In this document: piece after piece, positions 41,311-55,331 of the stretch
Position numbering within the stretch: position 1 is the stretch's first letter
How the letters are laid out: the number at the start of each line of letters is the position of its first letter
Origin: Eledone cirrhosa
Taxonomy: Eukaryota
Direction: 5' to 3'
DNA length: 64,000 bases
Assembly (NCBI GenBank): GCA_964016885.1
Contig: OZ024743.1
Coordinates: 269,638,001-269,702,000, forward strand
The notes under the pieces: generated by a model
Databases searched by the model: none
The model's input: the letters and a program-made list of their open reading frames with translations, nothing else
Told to the model about the DNA's origin: nothing
Program-made: the position numbers and the translations under genes

Positions 41311-43866
41311 GCATTACTACTAATAATAATGCTAACAAAAACAATAAGAACAGTAACAATAATCTATCAATGTTGTTATGACTATGTTGTCAGAATACAA
41401 ATTGTCATATAACAATGGTGTGTTGTTCGTATCGTTGTCTCTATGTCTCTGTGACATAGTCCTATGATTTATTGTTTAGCAAGCAGGCGACAGTGCAGGC
41501 TGCACTTTACTTAGAATATATAAACACATAGAAATATACAAACTAGACTGACGGAAAGCAGAAAGACAGGCACATAGACAGATACAGACGGGGACACCCT
41601 ATCCGAATACAAGTGAAGGCACGTGGCTTAGAAATTAGGGTGTTCGGCTAAAAATCGTAAGGACGTGAGTTTGATTCTAGTCGGCAAGTTTTGTTCTTGC
41701 TCAAGATGTTTTATCCTGGGTGTTCAAAAGTAGTCTTATTCCAATTTACAAAATTTCTCCCTGCGGCTAGGGCAAATAGCGATGGTGGGTACTCTATCGC
41801 TTTCGACGGTTAACATTTAGTCATTCCAATCAGCTTGACTCATGAGTTAACATTTAAATGGTGGAGTATTTTACAGACGTGTGTAATCATAACGTAATTC
41901 TCAGCCAGAATCACCTTGATGCAATATGTAATAAGGTTTAACTTTTGAATTAAAGGTACAATTCACCTAAGAGCTTTCCACATAGTTTCCATCCAACCTA
42001 TTTCATCCACCAAGGTTGAGCTGAGTAGAAGCTATGGTAAATATATTGGCCTAAGTTACCATACAGTTAGGTGGCGAATAGGCAGAGTCGTTAGAACGTC
42101 GGATAGAATGCTGTATGGTGTTCGTTGTGGCTCTCTGCTATCAGAGTTCAAATCCCGCCGAGGTTAACTTTGCCTTTCATACTTTCGAGATCGATAAAAG
42201 AAATACCAGTCCACTACTGGAGTAAATTCTTCCTCTATATCTCTTTCTCATCTTCTCACTCTCACTTTCTATCTTTCCCTGAAAGAAATCTGCTGTATTC
42301 AAACCTGGAGAGGGATGGGCTATGAAATGCCGTATGTCAATACGGCGCCCCCAAGTCTCTATCAGGACTTACGGGACCATACACACATACCATGCAATAG
42401 GACCAAAATAGGTACATTATGATTGCGAAGCAATCTTCTTAACCCCATAGCAATACCTGCATCCTAACTGGAACATAAATAGTTCAAACACTGGAATATG
42501 TTTCATGGTAAAGAAAGAAGTTTGATCGGGACAAAGGCATTGTAGAGATTTCCTTAAGGTATAAAATTGATTCCATTGGTGGAACTCTTTATAAAATATA
42601 AGGCTGTTGTTATTTAGCAGAAGAGTCGTGAGTTGACAGACGAAAACGTTAAGCTAAAGCTTTGCCCATCAAATCAATTGAAACCGCTCCTGGTTATGTT
42701 CATCTAAAGTGGTTATATACATCAACAAGTTTTCCATCATCATTTCCTGAAGGGACCTTTATAAAGCTACGCTCCAAACATTAACCTAATAACAAGAAAG
42801 TTAATTATATTACTAAATGCTTCCAAATTCCTGATTATTTTCAAAATTATTTGAAAATTAATGTCTGCGTTTTTCGTTAAAGATATAGTAACGATGGGTT
42901 TAAATCCAGGATCGGAACTCTTGTCAATAAATGTTTACTTACTGAGCGCTCTTAGTAGGCTTTGCATCCCGGAAATACATTTTCGATGTGAGATAAACAT
43001 ATATAAACATATATACATTTCTAACGCCGAGATTGAAATGGTTTATCCGAGGTTGATGAATGCGTTTGAATTGACGGGTAAGAGCATGAATGCCAAAACT
43101 GGTCGATATTCTCTCTCGGGGTGAATTTGACTACACAGGAGGTCAATGAACATTTTTGGCCAAAATGTGATGTTTATATAAGAAATAAAAATACATAAAA
43201 TGATATAATGAAATAGAACTGGCTTGTACAATATACTAGGGATTGAACCTTACAATGTTTCGAATAAGTTTATCGTAACTCAAGAACTGATTTCCGGCAA
43301 CATTAATTGTATATAAAGAGATGCATTCGGGCAAACAACCCTTCAGTATATCCGACTGATGCCACCAGGTATAAAATACATCATCTTATAGGAATTTGTA
43401 AATAAATTATACGTGGTGTGGGCTTTATATGATCGACTATACGACTTTTGAAACGGTAATTTATTATGGTAGCAGGTCAATGAATAAACCCAGCAAGGGA
43501 AAGGATAAAATTATATCTAATTAATTTTCGATTCGTAGGGTGTGATTGAACGCTGGCGAGAATTGACACCGATCAGACTTGAACTCTGAATACTGTCTCA
43601 AGTAACACAATATGCAGTGAGCTAGAGTTTCAACTAATTCGTGACACAGAATAGAAATAGCATCAGTTATAAATACCAGCCTGTATACGTTACCTTAGAA
43701 CATAAATACGCATTGTGAGCTATTGTTGTTAGTCAGATTAACATCTACACTGTCAAATTATACTGTATCCATTCAGCTGTTATCAAATCCGCAATGTGTT
43801 ATAAGTTTATAAGGTGTAATGTTGTTATATTATATTTTCGTATGATAACATCACGCTTTTACCAAG

Positions 43867-43901
<35 letters not shown>

Positions 43902-44951
43902 TTGGTTGTGTAGCGATAACAATTTTATCAAGCTTATGTGTATGTGTGTATGTGTGTGTGTGTGTGTGAGTGCGTGTGCGTGCGTGTGTATACTTGCATG
44001 TGTAGTAATACAAGTATTATGTTAACTTTTATTATGATAACATTGAATCATTTTATCAAGTACATCTATGTAATGATAAATAAAAGTATTATGTGGTGTT
44101 ATAATATTACATGTATATCAGTTATGTATCTTTGTATTGATATAAGTGTAATGTTATGTATGATATGGTAATGTTACAGTTTTATCAAGCTGCTGGGATT
44201 GAGTTGTGAAATCATGCTTGATCGAAACGCTAAGATACCTGATAAGCGAAAGTTCGAATCATTGTAAAGAAACCAGAAATGCGTCCGAGACGTATAAACT
44301 GTTTTCCTACTATATCAAGCGTTAAACTAATATATTTCTACATTGTACTCTGTGCTTAACCTGTTTGTTTTCGTTTACATTTTTCATACATACATACTTA
44401 AATACATATACACAAACACACACACACACGCATGCACCACACACACACACATATATATGAGATGTTTGTAGTTAGGAACAGTAAAATAGTTATTCGATAT
44501 AGTACTGTATAGAAAAATTGATTGTAGATAATATGGTGAAAGATTAATAGAAGTGCAGAGAATCCTTGTAATACTAACAATGTTATTAATTATAATACTT
44601 ACCTCTGTAGACGGAAAAAGTGGTGAGCAGCCATTATGAAAGAACGAAACCCGTATTCTAATCGAGTGCTCTAACGGTGGAGCTATGGGACCCCTAACAA
44701 AAGATTCCCCCTGAAATAATTACATATACGGAACAGCTTGGATGTGAAAAAGCTTCGACACAAAATAACGAATCTCGGGGTAATTTTAAATGGGCCGTCA
44801 AAAATGTCCCTCCATTGAGGTATTACACCCAATTAACTAAGATAATATTTATAACAATCGACTGTTGTTACTGTTATTATCTGCGTTTCGGATTCATATA
44901 ATTTCTATATAAAATCTCAAATCACCCAACGCTTCGAGAATTTGTATGGAA

Positions 44952-45025
<74 letters not shown>

Positions 45026-45041
45026 TATATATATATAATAT

Positions 45042-45094
<53 letters not shown>

Positions 45095-45164
45095 GTACGT
45101 TATTCCGGGTTGAATCGGAGGTAACCACAGTAAGTAAGGTACTCAATACATAGCAGAGTATAAA

Positions 45165-45287
45165 AGTTTTAATATAGATGAGATTCTACAGGACTAGAAC
45201 TGTTTCATTCATTAGAAATCATCAGGATTCCTGATGATTTCTAATGAATGAAACAGTTCTAGTCCTGTAGAATCTCATCTATATTAA

Positions 45288-45291
<4 letters not shown>
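45165..45291. ncRNA. Perfect palindrome with a hammerhead core on each strand
   Basis: 63-bp arms about t45228; each arm reads CTGATGA-t-TTC-taat-GAA-t-GAAAC-agttcta-GTC. Confidence 0.8.
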
Positions 45292-45329
<38 letters not shown>

Positions 45330-45341
45330 TATATATAATAT

Positions 45342-45438
<97 letters not shown>

Positions 45439-45474
45439 TATATATAATATATATATAATATATATATATATATG

Positions 45475-45505
<31 letters not shown>

Positions 45506-45509
<4 letters not shown>

Positions 45510-45708
45510 ACTGAATATAAAAGAAAAACAAACACAGACATATACATATATGTGTTCAAATCGTAAGGGTCCAGATTCGCTAAATTGAGTCTGGCAAACC
45601 CTATTGTCTATAGTTAGTATTCTTTTCACCTTAGCGAATCTGGTCCCTAACGATTTGAACACATATATGTATATGTCTGTGTTCGTTTTTCTATTATATT
45701 CAGTTATA
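45506..45708. repeat. Fold-back, ~78-bp arms with 47-bp spacer
   Basis: 45506-45583 inverts 45631-45708. Confidence 0.85.
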
Positions 45709-45788
45709 ATATACGGGTCGGAAAAATCTCTTTCCTAGAGCTTTTATTGTAAGAGACTATTTTGAGTTTCTAACTCAATATATACCTT

Positions 45789-45834
<46 letters not shown>

Positions 45835-45840
<6 letters not shown>

Positions 45841-47047
45841 ATGCTTTGGGAGGGTCATGTTGCCAATAAGAAACACACGCACCAGTTGTTTTGACTCCAA
45901 TTTATTATAAATTAAATTTATAAATTTAAGAATTTATAAATTTCCGGTTGGTTGGTTGGTTCCATAACCGGACGGTTGTTCATATATTGTCAAAGTTCTT
46001 TCGTCACACATTCTGTGACCTCTTCAGTGACTGGGAATTCTTTTCTTTGTTTTTGTGCCTCTCCTTTGTTCTGTCCTACGCCATCTTGTTTTTGTGTGTG
46101 TTGCGTGCTTAGTTTGCGCATGTGTTACATCCGGGTGTCTGTGTGTGTTTATATTTGTTTATTTATTTGTTTATTTACATGTTACTGGTTGGTTGTTTGT
46201 CCTATGTGTGTGTGTGTTTTCATTTTGTCCTTAATTGTAAGTTGTGATGTTGCTATTCCATTCATGTTTTCTATTTAATTTTGGTTGGAGTTCATTTATG
46301 TTTATTGCCTCTGTGATTTGTCTAAACATTGCGTCTTTTCTGTGTGTAGATTCTATTTTTATTTTTGTTTTCTAATTTGCCCTTATGTTCTATTTTAGCA
46401 TGTTGGTGGTGTATTGATGATTCTTTTTTATCTTGAAGTTCTCGCCAGTGTTCATTTAACCGTTCTCCTATAATACGAGCTGTCTCACTTATGTATACTA
46501 TATTCTTATCTTTACATTGTCCTTCAGTACATATTATGCTATATACTACATTTCTAATTTTACAGTTAATATGGGGGCTTAGTTTACAGATTATGCATTT
46601 TTTATCTATACAGGGAGGTCTTTGAAAAGGGTATGTATTGATAATAAGTGTTTTTATGGGGGTACCTGGTCTTTCTACTATCTTAATATTAAGTTTATGT
46701 TTATCTAGGGCTCTTCTAAATTTGTAAGCTAGTTCACCTCTAGGGGTTGTATTGATGAACATTACATTCTGGTATTTATTGCTATCATACCATGAGTTTA
46801 TTCTATTAACCTTATTCCTAGTTCTTTCTATTCTATTCCAAAATGTGCTCCTATATAAGGGACAGGTCCCATTTGTATCATTATTTACCATTTTTCCCAT
46901 TTGGTTCTGGTTCCTCTATATACTCTGATTTTATCTCTCTGATTGTAACAGAGAACTGCATACGGTGGATGAAGTGTTGTATGTGTCTCTCTAGTTCTTT
47001 GGGGTTGCACATGCGGGACACGTTTCTCATCACCCGAACCAAATCTG
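45835..47047 (-). mobile_element. PLE family A 3' fragment (GIY-YIG plus pLTR, hammerhead at 45989-46031)
   Basis: CIDKKCIICK..NCKIRNVVYSIIC..YISETAR..ERLNEH; gtca-CTGAAGA-GGTCAC..GTGAC-GAAAG-aa-CTT-tgac. Confidence 0.88.
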
Positions 47048-47365
47048 AGAAACAGTTAGGCCATTGATATAAATGTTGCTAGATTGGGTTGTTGTTTTTC
47101 CCCGCTTTACAGTCATATATGAGCATTTATATTGGCCAAACTCCATTCCTATATCCTTTGAGAACGTTCTAACCAGGTCAAGATTTTTCTTCATCCCATC
47201 CATGTTCTTGGCATAGAGTTTCAGATCATCCACAAAGAAATTATGGGTTAGGTCCGTATTTCTGTCCTCCTGTGAGCCAATGATGTATACTTCACATTTC
47301 TTGAGCAGAAAGGACAAGGGGTTTATTGACAATTTGAACAATATCACAAAGAGACTGTCTCTCTG
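47048..47365 (-). mobile_element. R4/Dong-like RT internal fragment
   Basis: THNFFVDDLKLY..LVRTFSKDIGMEFG..KC, similar to the 19819-21201 RT. Confidence 0.8.
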
Positions 47366-47453
47366 AAATATGTATATATGTATGTATGCATGTATGTATG
47401 CATGCGTGTGTATGTGTGTGTGTGCGTGTGTGTGTGGTGTGTGTGTGTGGTGT

Positions 47454-47613
<160 letters not shown>

Positions 47614-48014
47614 CGTGTGTGCGTCAGTGATATAAAATAAAAACAAACCAAATTTAAAGTGAAAGAAGATATTCGAAAAATATTATTCAAAACAAGGAAA
47701 CCATAAAAGACCAGTCCAGACATGTCGAACTTTTCAGGTGTTTACAAAATATAATTAAATCCACATATATATATTCATGTATACACTCACATATAAATAT
47801 TTCAATATATACATACATACATACAGTATCAGTGGTGTTTTTGGCTTTATTAGTGGTGGAATTTGTCGTAAAGTACTATATATATATATGTGTGTGCATC
47901 TGTGTATAAGTTTGTGTTTGAGTGTGTTTGTGTGTGTAACTGTGCTTTTGCTCAGTTTACAAAGACATCTCTCTGTATATATACATATATACACACACCA
48001 TTTATACATACTTA

Positions 48015-48091
<77 letters not shown>

Positions 48092-48313
48092 ATTTCAGGT
48101 TATCAATAATGTAGTGATAATATATCGTTCCGTTAGAGATGAACAGCGTACGTGCAGGTTTGCTCAACGAGTATAAATTATATTCCGGAGAAAATGTAGA
48201 AAAGATGAATATAAAATGAAAGTGCTTTTTTTTAAAAAAGGAATTTATTAGGTATTGACATATGTTTCTGTTACAGACGGAATACCTATGTATCGTTGCT
48301 TGCGTAATCATAT

Positions 48314-48472
48314 AATTGTTTCTACTTTAGGCACAAGGCCAGCAATTACCCAGTACATTACTGGTACTTTATTTTATCGACCCCGTAAGGATGAAAGGCA
48401 AAGTCAACCTCGGCGGGATTTGAACTCAGATCCTAAAGGGACGGAGTTCAAATCCCGCCGAGGTTGACTTTG
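48314..48472 (-). mobile_element. SINE (Meta-like) with inverted 5' duplication
   Basis: gcaaagtcaacctcggcgggatttgaactc / gagttcaaatcccgccgaggttgactttgc. Confidence 0.8.
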
Positions 48473-49770
48473 CAATGTTAGCAAGTATTCGATAGCAAAT
48501 GTATAATCAGTTGTCACTTCTTCAGAGATATTGGATAAATTGGAAAAAATCAAAAAAATTGAAATATTTATATTAGTTGTAATAAAGAAAGAAGAGAGGG
48601 GATAGTATATGACATATGGCAATTCAATTTACTGGTAAACAAGTATATAAAGGGTTTCTAATGAGAATACAATGAGTATATGGTTTATTTTATCTAAATA
48701 AGAATGTTTGGGAGTGGCTATTTTAATCTATACTTGACCAATTGAACAATGGACAGGGCTGGTCATTTGGTGTAGTAGTATTAATAGATATAAAGTGTCA
48801 ATTAAGGAAGAGGGAGATTTTCACTGCTACTGAATAACAACAATGCTGGTAGCCTGCTGGTATATGCATTAGGGAATTGAATTAAGAAATCTCATTTTAT
48901 CTATAGCAGTTTATATTAAATGGTAAAGAATAGAAGAGTTGATAGAATTAAGACTAATAGAGAATGTTAATATGTATTTTGACAATCAAACGGAGATGGA
49001 GATAGGCGTTCAATCCTGGTTGTATTTGTAATATGAAAATGTAGATTTTAAGCGATGGTTACAGTATAACGATCGCTCTATTCTGTTATTTAATAAAATG
49101 TTTTTGGATTTCATAATACAAAATAATTCCATATAACATAATTTACAAAATTCCTGTCCGTGGGATTATGGAGGGACAGTCGTTATTATATCCCATTTTA
49201 GGTTAAATTGTTGGTTATTTTCGTGCAGCTGCCAAGCCTTGTCTGCGAGTGTTGTTACATAACGCTGGTTTACATGTTTTATCGAGTAACGATGTCTATA
49301 AAGGCGAGATTTGAAGGAGGTGGCTGTAGACCCCACATAGTACCACTTCTGGTTATCCGATTCGATAGTACATTTGTAAATGATGTTGCGTTCAAGACAC
49401 TGATTGTTCAACGGACAAATTCCTGGTTGGACACAGTTACAGTTATAATTTTGCGTTGTTGTATTAGCATGGATGGGTTGATGAGGTTGCTTAGGTAGGA
49501 CGGGATGTTGTTTGTTGTTTTGTGATGTTATAGCTGATGTTTTACATGTATTGTTATGTGTTGGAAGGCGTTTATACAACCGTTTTGCGTTAAGCTTTTT
49601 TATATGTTGTTCAATATTAGGGGCGGTTGAATATGAAAGTCGAATAGCGTTAGGGTTTAAGATTTTATTATATTTATGTGATGTTGGAAAGTGTTTTTTA
49701 ACTAATCGAAAGAATTGTGAGGGTAGATTGGTTTTAATAGAGTTGTTATAGACCGGGTTGTACCAAATTT
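48473..49770 (-). mobile_element. Naiad-type PLE 3' fragment
   Basis: IWYNP..CNCVQPGICPLNNQC..NIIYKC..YYVGSTATSFKSRLYRH; degenerate hammerhead CTGAAGA..GAATAC near 48475-48535. Confidence 0.82.
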
Positions 49771-50830
49771 TGGAATAGAATAGAAAGAACTAGGAACAAG
49801 GCTAATAGAACAAACTCATGGTATGATAGCAATAAATACAAGAGTGTAATGTTCATCGATACAACCCCTAGAGGCGAACTAGCTTACAAATTTAGAAGGG
49901 CCCTAAATAAACATAAACTCAATATTAAGATAGTAGAAAGACCAGGTACCTCCATAAAAACACTTATTAGCAAGACATACCCTTTTCAAAGACCCTCATG
50001 TATAGATAAGAAATGTATAACCTGTAAAATAAGCCTCCATATTAACTATAAAACTAGAAATGTAGTGTATAGCATAAGATGTACTGAAGGACAATGTAGA
50101 GACAAAAATATAGTGTACATAGGTGAGACAGCTCGTAGTGTAGGGGAACGGATAAATGAACACTGGCGAGACCTTCAAGATAATAAAGAATCATCTGTAC
50201 TCTACCAACATGCTAAGATAGAACACAAGGGTAAATTAGAGAACATAGAAATAAAAATAGAATCTACACACAGAAAAGACGCAATGTTTAGACAAATTAC
50301 AGAGGCAATAAACATAAAAGAATTACAACCAAAATTAAATAGAAAATATGAGTGGAACAGCAACATCACAACTTACAATTAAGGACAAAATGAAAACACA
50401 CACACACATAGAACAAACAACCAACCAGTAACATGTAAATAAACAAATAGATAAATGAACATAAACACACACAGACACCCGGATGTGGCGCATGCGCAGA
50501 CTGAGCACACAACACACACACAGAAACAAAATGGCGTAGGCCAGAACAAAGGAGAGGTACAGAAACAAAGAAAGAAATCCCCAGTCACTGAAGAGGTCAC
50601 AGAGTGTGTGACGAAAGAACTATGACTATATATAAACAACTATCTGGTTGTGGAACCAACCAACCAACCAACCAGAAATTTATAAATTTGTAAATTTATA
50701 AATATATAATAAATTGAAGTGAAACAACTGGTGCGTGTGTTTCTTATTGGCAACATGACCCTCCCAAAGTATAACAATATCGGTTTCAACACACGATTTC
50801 AGATAAAGAATCTTGCTAAACAAATTCAGA
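49770..50830 (+). mobile_element. PLE family A 3' fragment (intact GIY-YIG ORF 49849-50382 plus pLTR)
   Basis: NVVYSIRC..VYIGETARSVGERINEH..RQITEAINI..LNRKYEW. Confidence 0.9.
50583..50627 (+). ncRNA. Minimal type I hammerhead (best family A copy)
   Basis: agtca-CTGAAGA-g-GTCACA-gagtg-TGTGAC-GAAAG-aa-CTA-tgact. Confidence 0.88.
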
Positions 50831-50835
50831 ATATA

Positions 50836-50905
<70 letters not shown>

Positions 50906-51051
50906 TAACAGATTAAAGTTTATGCAAAGAATCGCTGCTTTCACCCTTAACGGGATCTTCTGAAACTAAAAAAATTCATCTGTGAACGCAGAAGTAAATA
51001 TTTCGAAAAACGTTGCAACCGAAAGAAAACAGGAATATGATACTTTGGTTC

Positions 51052-51282
51052 GTGAAGACGTTAGGAATGTCGTATAACCGGAAGTGTTGACATTTGAAAA
51101 TTTTAAAGAAGTGAATATTTAAATAATGTCTTTAATCTTTTAACAACACTCAGTAGACAAAAATACCCTCACTTTCTTACTTTGAATAAGTTACATCTAT
51201 GGTGCAAATTTGGTGCCGTTTGTTTCAGCCGCTTGGCGGAAAGTTTGTTACTTACATACGGCCGTCAGCTTTATAGTATAGA
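51052..51282 (-). mobile_element. Probable non-autonomous Helitron 5' fragment
   Basis: Minus strand begins TCTATACTATAAAG, a typical Helitron-N 5' end; no 3' end seen. Confidence 0.5.
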
Positions 51283-51450
51283 TTTATATATATATACATA
51301 TATATATATAAATAGTCCAGCTCAAGCCGTCGAAACGGCTTGAGCTCTGCCGTCGGTGTCATACTTTTTCCTATTTCCCACTCTACTACCCTAAGTATTG
51401 AGTACTCTGGTGCGTTATCGTCCATCTGGTTCCTTACCACAATTCCTTTG

Positions 51451-51509
<59 letters not shown>

Positions 51510-51519
51510 CATATATATA

Positions 51520-54166
51520 TATGTTATTATTGTCGGAAATAATAACAGAACACACTCACTGTTTGGTTGGTTTTCGCTTCTGTATCTTTTATATCTACCT
51601 AGTTAATTCATTCGGTCCTCAATGTTTACCATTGACTGACCAACGGATATAATATAGATATAAAAATATATATATAGTCTAACAAAGTTCTTTCGTTGCA
51701 CATCTGCAACATCATCATTATGTTCCTCCAGTTGTATTGTATATCTAAGCCATCTTTATTTTATCTGTTTATTTATTTATTTATTTTTGTCTTCTCTGTG
51801 CATGCGTTTACCTGTGTGTATAGTGTTTGGTGTGTGTTCGCGTTTGGGTGACTATGTTTTGGTTATTGTATTCTATCTTAGTTTATTAGTGTGTGTTTAT
51901 ATGTGTTTGTTGTTATTGTGCTTGTGTATATATGTATTTATTTATTTATTTATATTTCTCTTAAGTCAGTATTGTTTGTTTGGGTGTTGTTGTTATTCCA
52001 TTCATTTTTTCTGTTTAGCTTTGGCCTTCTAAGCTCTATTTTGCTTGCCTCTCTGATTTGCCTATCTGGTGGGTCATTTCTATGTTTAGATATTATTTTA
52101 ATTTCTATGTTGTCTATGTTACCGTCATGTTGTTGTCTGGCGTGTTCGTATAGTACTGAACCGTTTTTTCGTCCTTTTAGCCCCCCCCCCCTCCCGTGTT
52201 GGTCTATCCTTTCTCCTATCTACGAGCTGTCTCGCCTATGAATGTTGTTGTCATGTTTTTGTCATGTTTCAAATACCCTCTATACATCTTATGCTATTGA
52301 CTAAGTTTCTAGTTTTACAGTTTATCCGGGGGTTTACTTTACATATAACACATTTCCTATAAGTACAGTGAGTTTTCTTAAAAGGGTATGTTTTGCTGTT
52401 CAGGGATTTTATGGTAGCTCCTGGCTTTTCTACCACTTTAATCTTTAAGTGGGTCTTTCTCAGGGCCTTTCTACACTGGTTAGCTAATTTCCCTCCAGGG
52501 GTAGTGTCCACGAACATGACACTCTGGTATCTCTGGTTGTCGTACCATGAAGTGGCTTTCCCTATCTTATGTTTACTCCTATCTAAGCTATTCCATGATT
52601 TGCTGCTGTATAATGGGCAAATTGCTTTCATGTCCATTTCTATGAGGGTCTTATACTTCTCTATGGCTCCTTCGTATACTCTGATTCTGTCTCTTTGGTT
52701 GTAGCCAGAGAACTGAATGCGGTTGAGGAAGTGTTGGATGTGTCTTTCCATTTCTGTTGGGTCGCACATGCGGGACACGTTCTTCATCACTCGTACCAAG
52801 TCTGCGATCAGAATATTAAACTTAGCACTACTGGACATTGCTGAGTTTTTGAGTATCAGGTATTTGGAGGCCATGGGTTTAGCGTAGTGTGAGTGGAGAA
52901 TTTGGGCCCTCTCGTCTATAGTGTTAATCCAGAGTTCCGTGTCTAATACAGGTAGTCTATTGTTACGGTGTTTGGTAGGGTAATCGATAGTTACAGTTAT
53001 ACTCTGGTGTATGTAGTAAGCTATCTGCTGGATGCTTTCCATTGTGCTACATTCTAAATCATACTTGTTAGTACTCTCTTGTGGTGGTGTCCTTATTACT
53101 ATATTAATATCGTCTACGTAACGAGAGTACATGATGGGGTCTATGGAGCTCTCATCAAGGAGATCTTTGAGTCTCCTTTCCCACCATACCATAAAAAGGT
53201 TGGCAACGTCACCAGCTATGCTGACGCCAATGACTGCTCCCTCATTTTGGGTGTAGATCTTCTCGTTCAATTTGAATATGTGGCCCTTTATGGTAGTTTT
53301 AATTTGCATGCGCGACCATTTTCTTACCTGATCAATGTTTTGGGGGGTCCGTGTGGCTTTGGTCCACCCAATCCACCTTCCCATGGGAGTCTATTTTGTC
53401 ATTGAGGTTATGGTGGGGGTGTCTACCACTTATGGGTCTACTGGGGTAGAAACGGCTATGGTCATGGCCGTCTTGGTAGTCGGTATCATAGGTAAGTCTA
53501 AGTAGGAGGCCCAGTTCGTCTGTGTTGAGGTCGCTGAACTCCACCTCACTCTCACTGATCATCTCCACACATCTTTCCACAGCAAAATCAATGTTAATGA
53601 ATGGGTACAGTGATACCACATCCAAACTGCCTATTATGCAGTTAGATAGGTTTTTGTTTTTGTTGCATTCATTGATTCTGCTAAGGAGGTCCTCTGTACT
53701 GTCACATACATCTGGGGACATCTTGATTATGGGGCGTATAACCCTTGAGAGGAAGTAGGAGATCCTGTAGTTGCTAGCGATATTGGCTCCGCATACGGGT
53801 CTTGTTGGTGATCCTGTTGTCGGGTCGTCGACTGTCTTGTGGACTTTGCGGAGCCCATACAAAGGTGGTATGCCATTGTTAGACGCCTGGAAGCTGTTGG
53901 CAGTGCGTCTGTTTTGCTTTAAGATGTCGGTCCACATCATCATGTGAGCGTTGAGGATCTTCTCTCTCTCCCCTCATGTGTTTGTTGTGTAATTTCGCTC
54001 GTGTTGGGTGATGTGGGGTTGCATAGCCTTGATGTAGTTCGGCATGCTGTCTATTGACATCCTACCAGACTTATCCGTGGGTAGACATACTACCTCAACA
54101 TCCCTTGTGCGCTGCTTGAGGATAACTAAGCCTTCTACACCCAAACAATACTGACTTAAGAGAAAT

Positions 54167-54170
<4 letters not shown>
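51520..54170 (-). mobile_element. PLE (Neptune/Nematis-like) RT plus GIY-YIG, 5'-truncated and frameshifted
   Basis: CLPTDKSG, PLYGLRKVHK, TRPV, SLDVVSLYP, YTQNEGAVIG, YSRYVDD, PVLD, CTYRKCVIC..NCKTRNLV; short inverted copy of 51955-51986 at 54137-54168; degenerate hammerhead at 51681-51720. Confidence 0.9.
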
Positions 54171-54220
<50 letters not shown>

Positions 54221-54384
54221 GACGTAAAATAAGAAAATTATAAAAATTAACTTACTTACTAAAATTTCACTCCAACTAATTAGTTTCTGAAAGGGAATAA
54301 CCATGGTTTCCGAATGGAACATGGAGAATACAAAACCTATATATTTGCTAGCATAGGTATGCATTTGTATATGTATGTTGGTAG

Positions 54385-55011
54385 GCGATGAAATACCAAT
54401 GATCGTTGGCAAATCACTGATGAGGGACTAATGTTATAATATGTAATCCATGTGCAACCATGCAGTATTCTTCTCCCCATATTTTTCATATATTTACCTA
54501 AACTGCGATTCTCTGTTTCTCTCTTTCTCTCTTACTGCTCCCTCGTTCTCTCTGTTTCTCTTACTTTCTTTCGTCCCCTCTGTCAGTTAACACTTTCTCT
54601 CGACTGACCTCTTCCTCGCACTTCCACTCACTCACTCTCTGTTTCTACCCTTCTCACTTCCTCCCGTTCGCTAGGAGTCGGATTTTCCTTCTTTCTCACA
54701 TCTCGTTCACAGCGAAAGGTCTGTTTGCTACACGCTCATGAATTCACCCAGTTTATACTGATCGAATAACCATGTTGCTTGTTTTTCTTCCCATCTTCGG
54801 TTAGCTTTCTCTTCGTGTTGTTTACTTGTCTCACTCGCTTTACGCGTTTAACTTGTCCCAATAACTTATTTTAGTTATTGCTCGCACCAACGTGAGGTAT
54901 ATGATTTTTAATGCGATGAAATACCAATGATCGTTGGCAAATCACTGATGAGGGACTAATGTTATAATATGTAATCCATGTGCAACCATGTAGTATTCTT
55001 CTCCCCATATT

Positions 55012-55020
<9 letters not shown>
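54385..55020 (+). repeat. Family B unit with ~110-bp terminal direct repeat
   Basis: gcgatgaaatacc..ctgatgagggac..ccccatatttttcatata at 54386-54490 and 54913-55020. Confidence 0.8.
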
Positions 55021-55065
<45 letters not shown>

Positions 55066-55331
55066 TAAAATAACAGATTAAAGTTTAAGCAAAGAATCGC
55101 TGCTTAAACTTTAATCTGTTATTTTAATAAATATTTGCTCTACGGTTCTTATATATTTGATATATATTTATCCTTATCGAGCCCTCTTTGGATTTTAGTC
55201 TTCTAATTTATTATTATTACTATATATATATATATATATATATATGTAGGAGGTGAGTTTTATTGTAGTACAATAAAGCAATGCAGATATCGGATAAGAA
55301 GCACTCTACAGTTTGTAGGACTGGAGTATAC

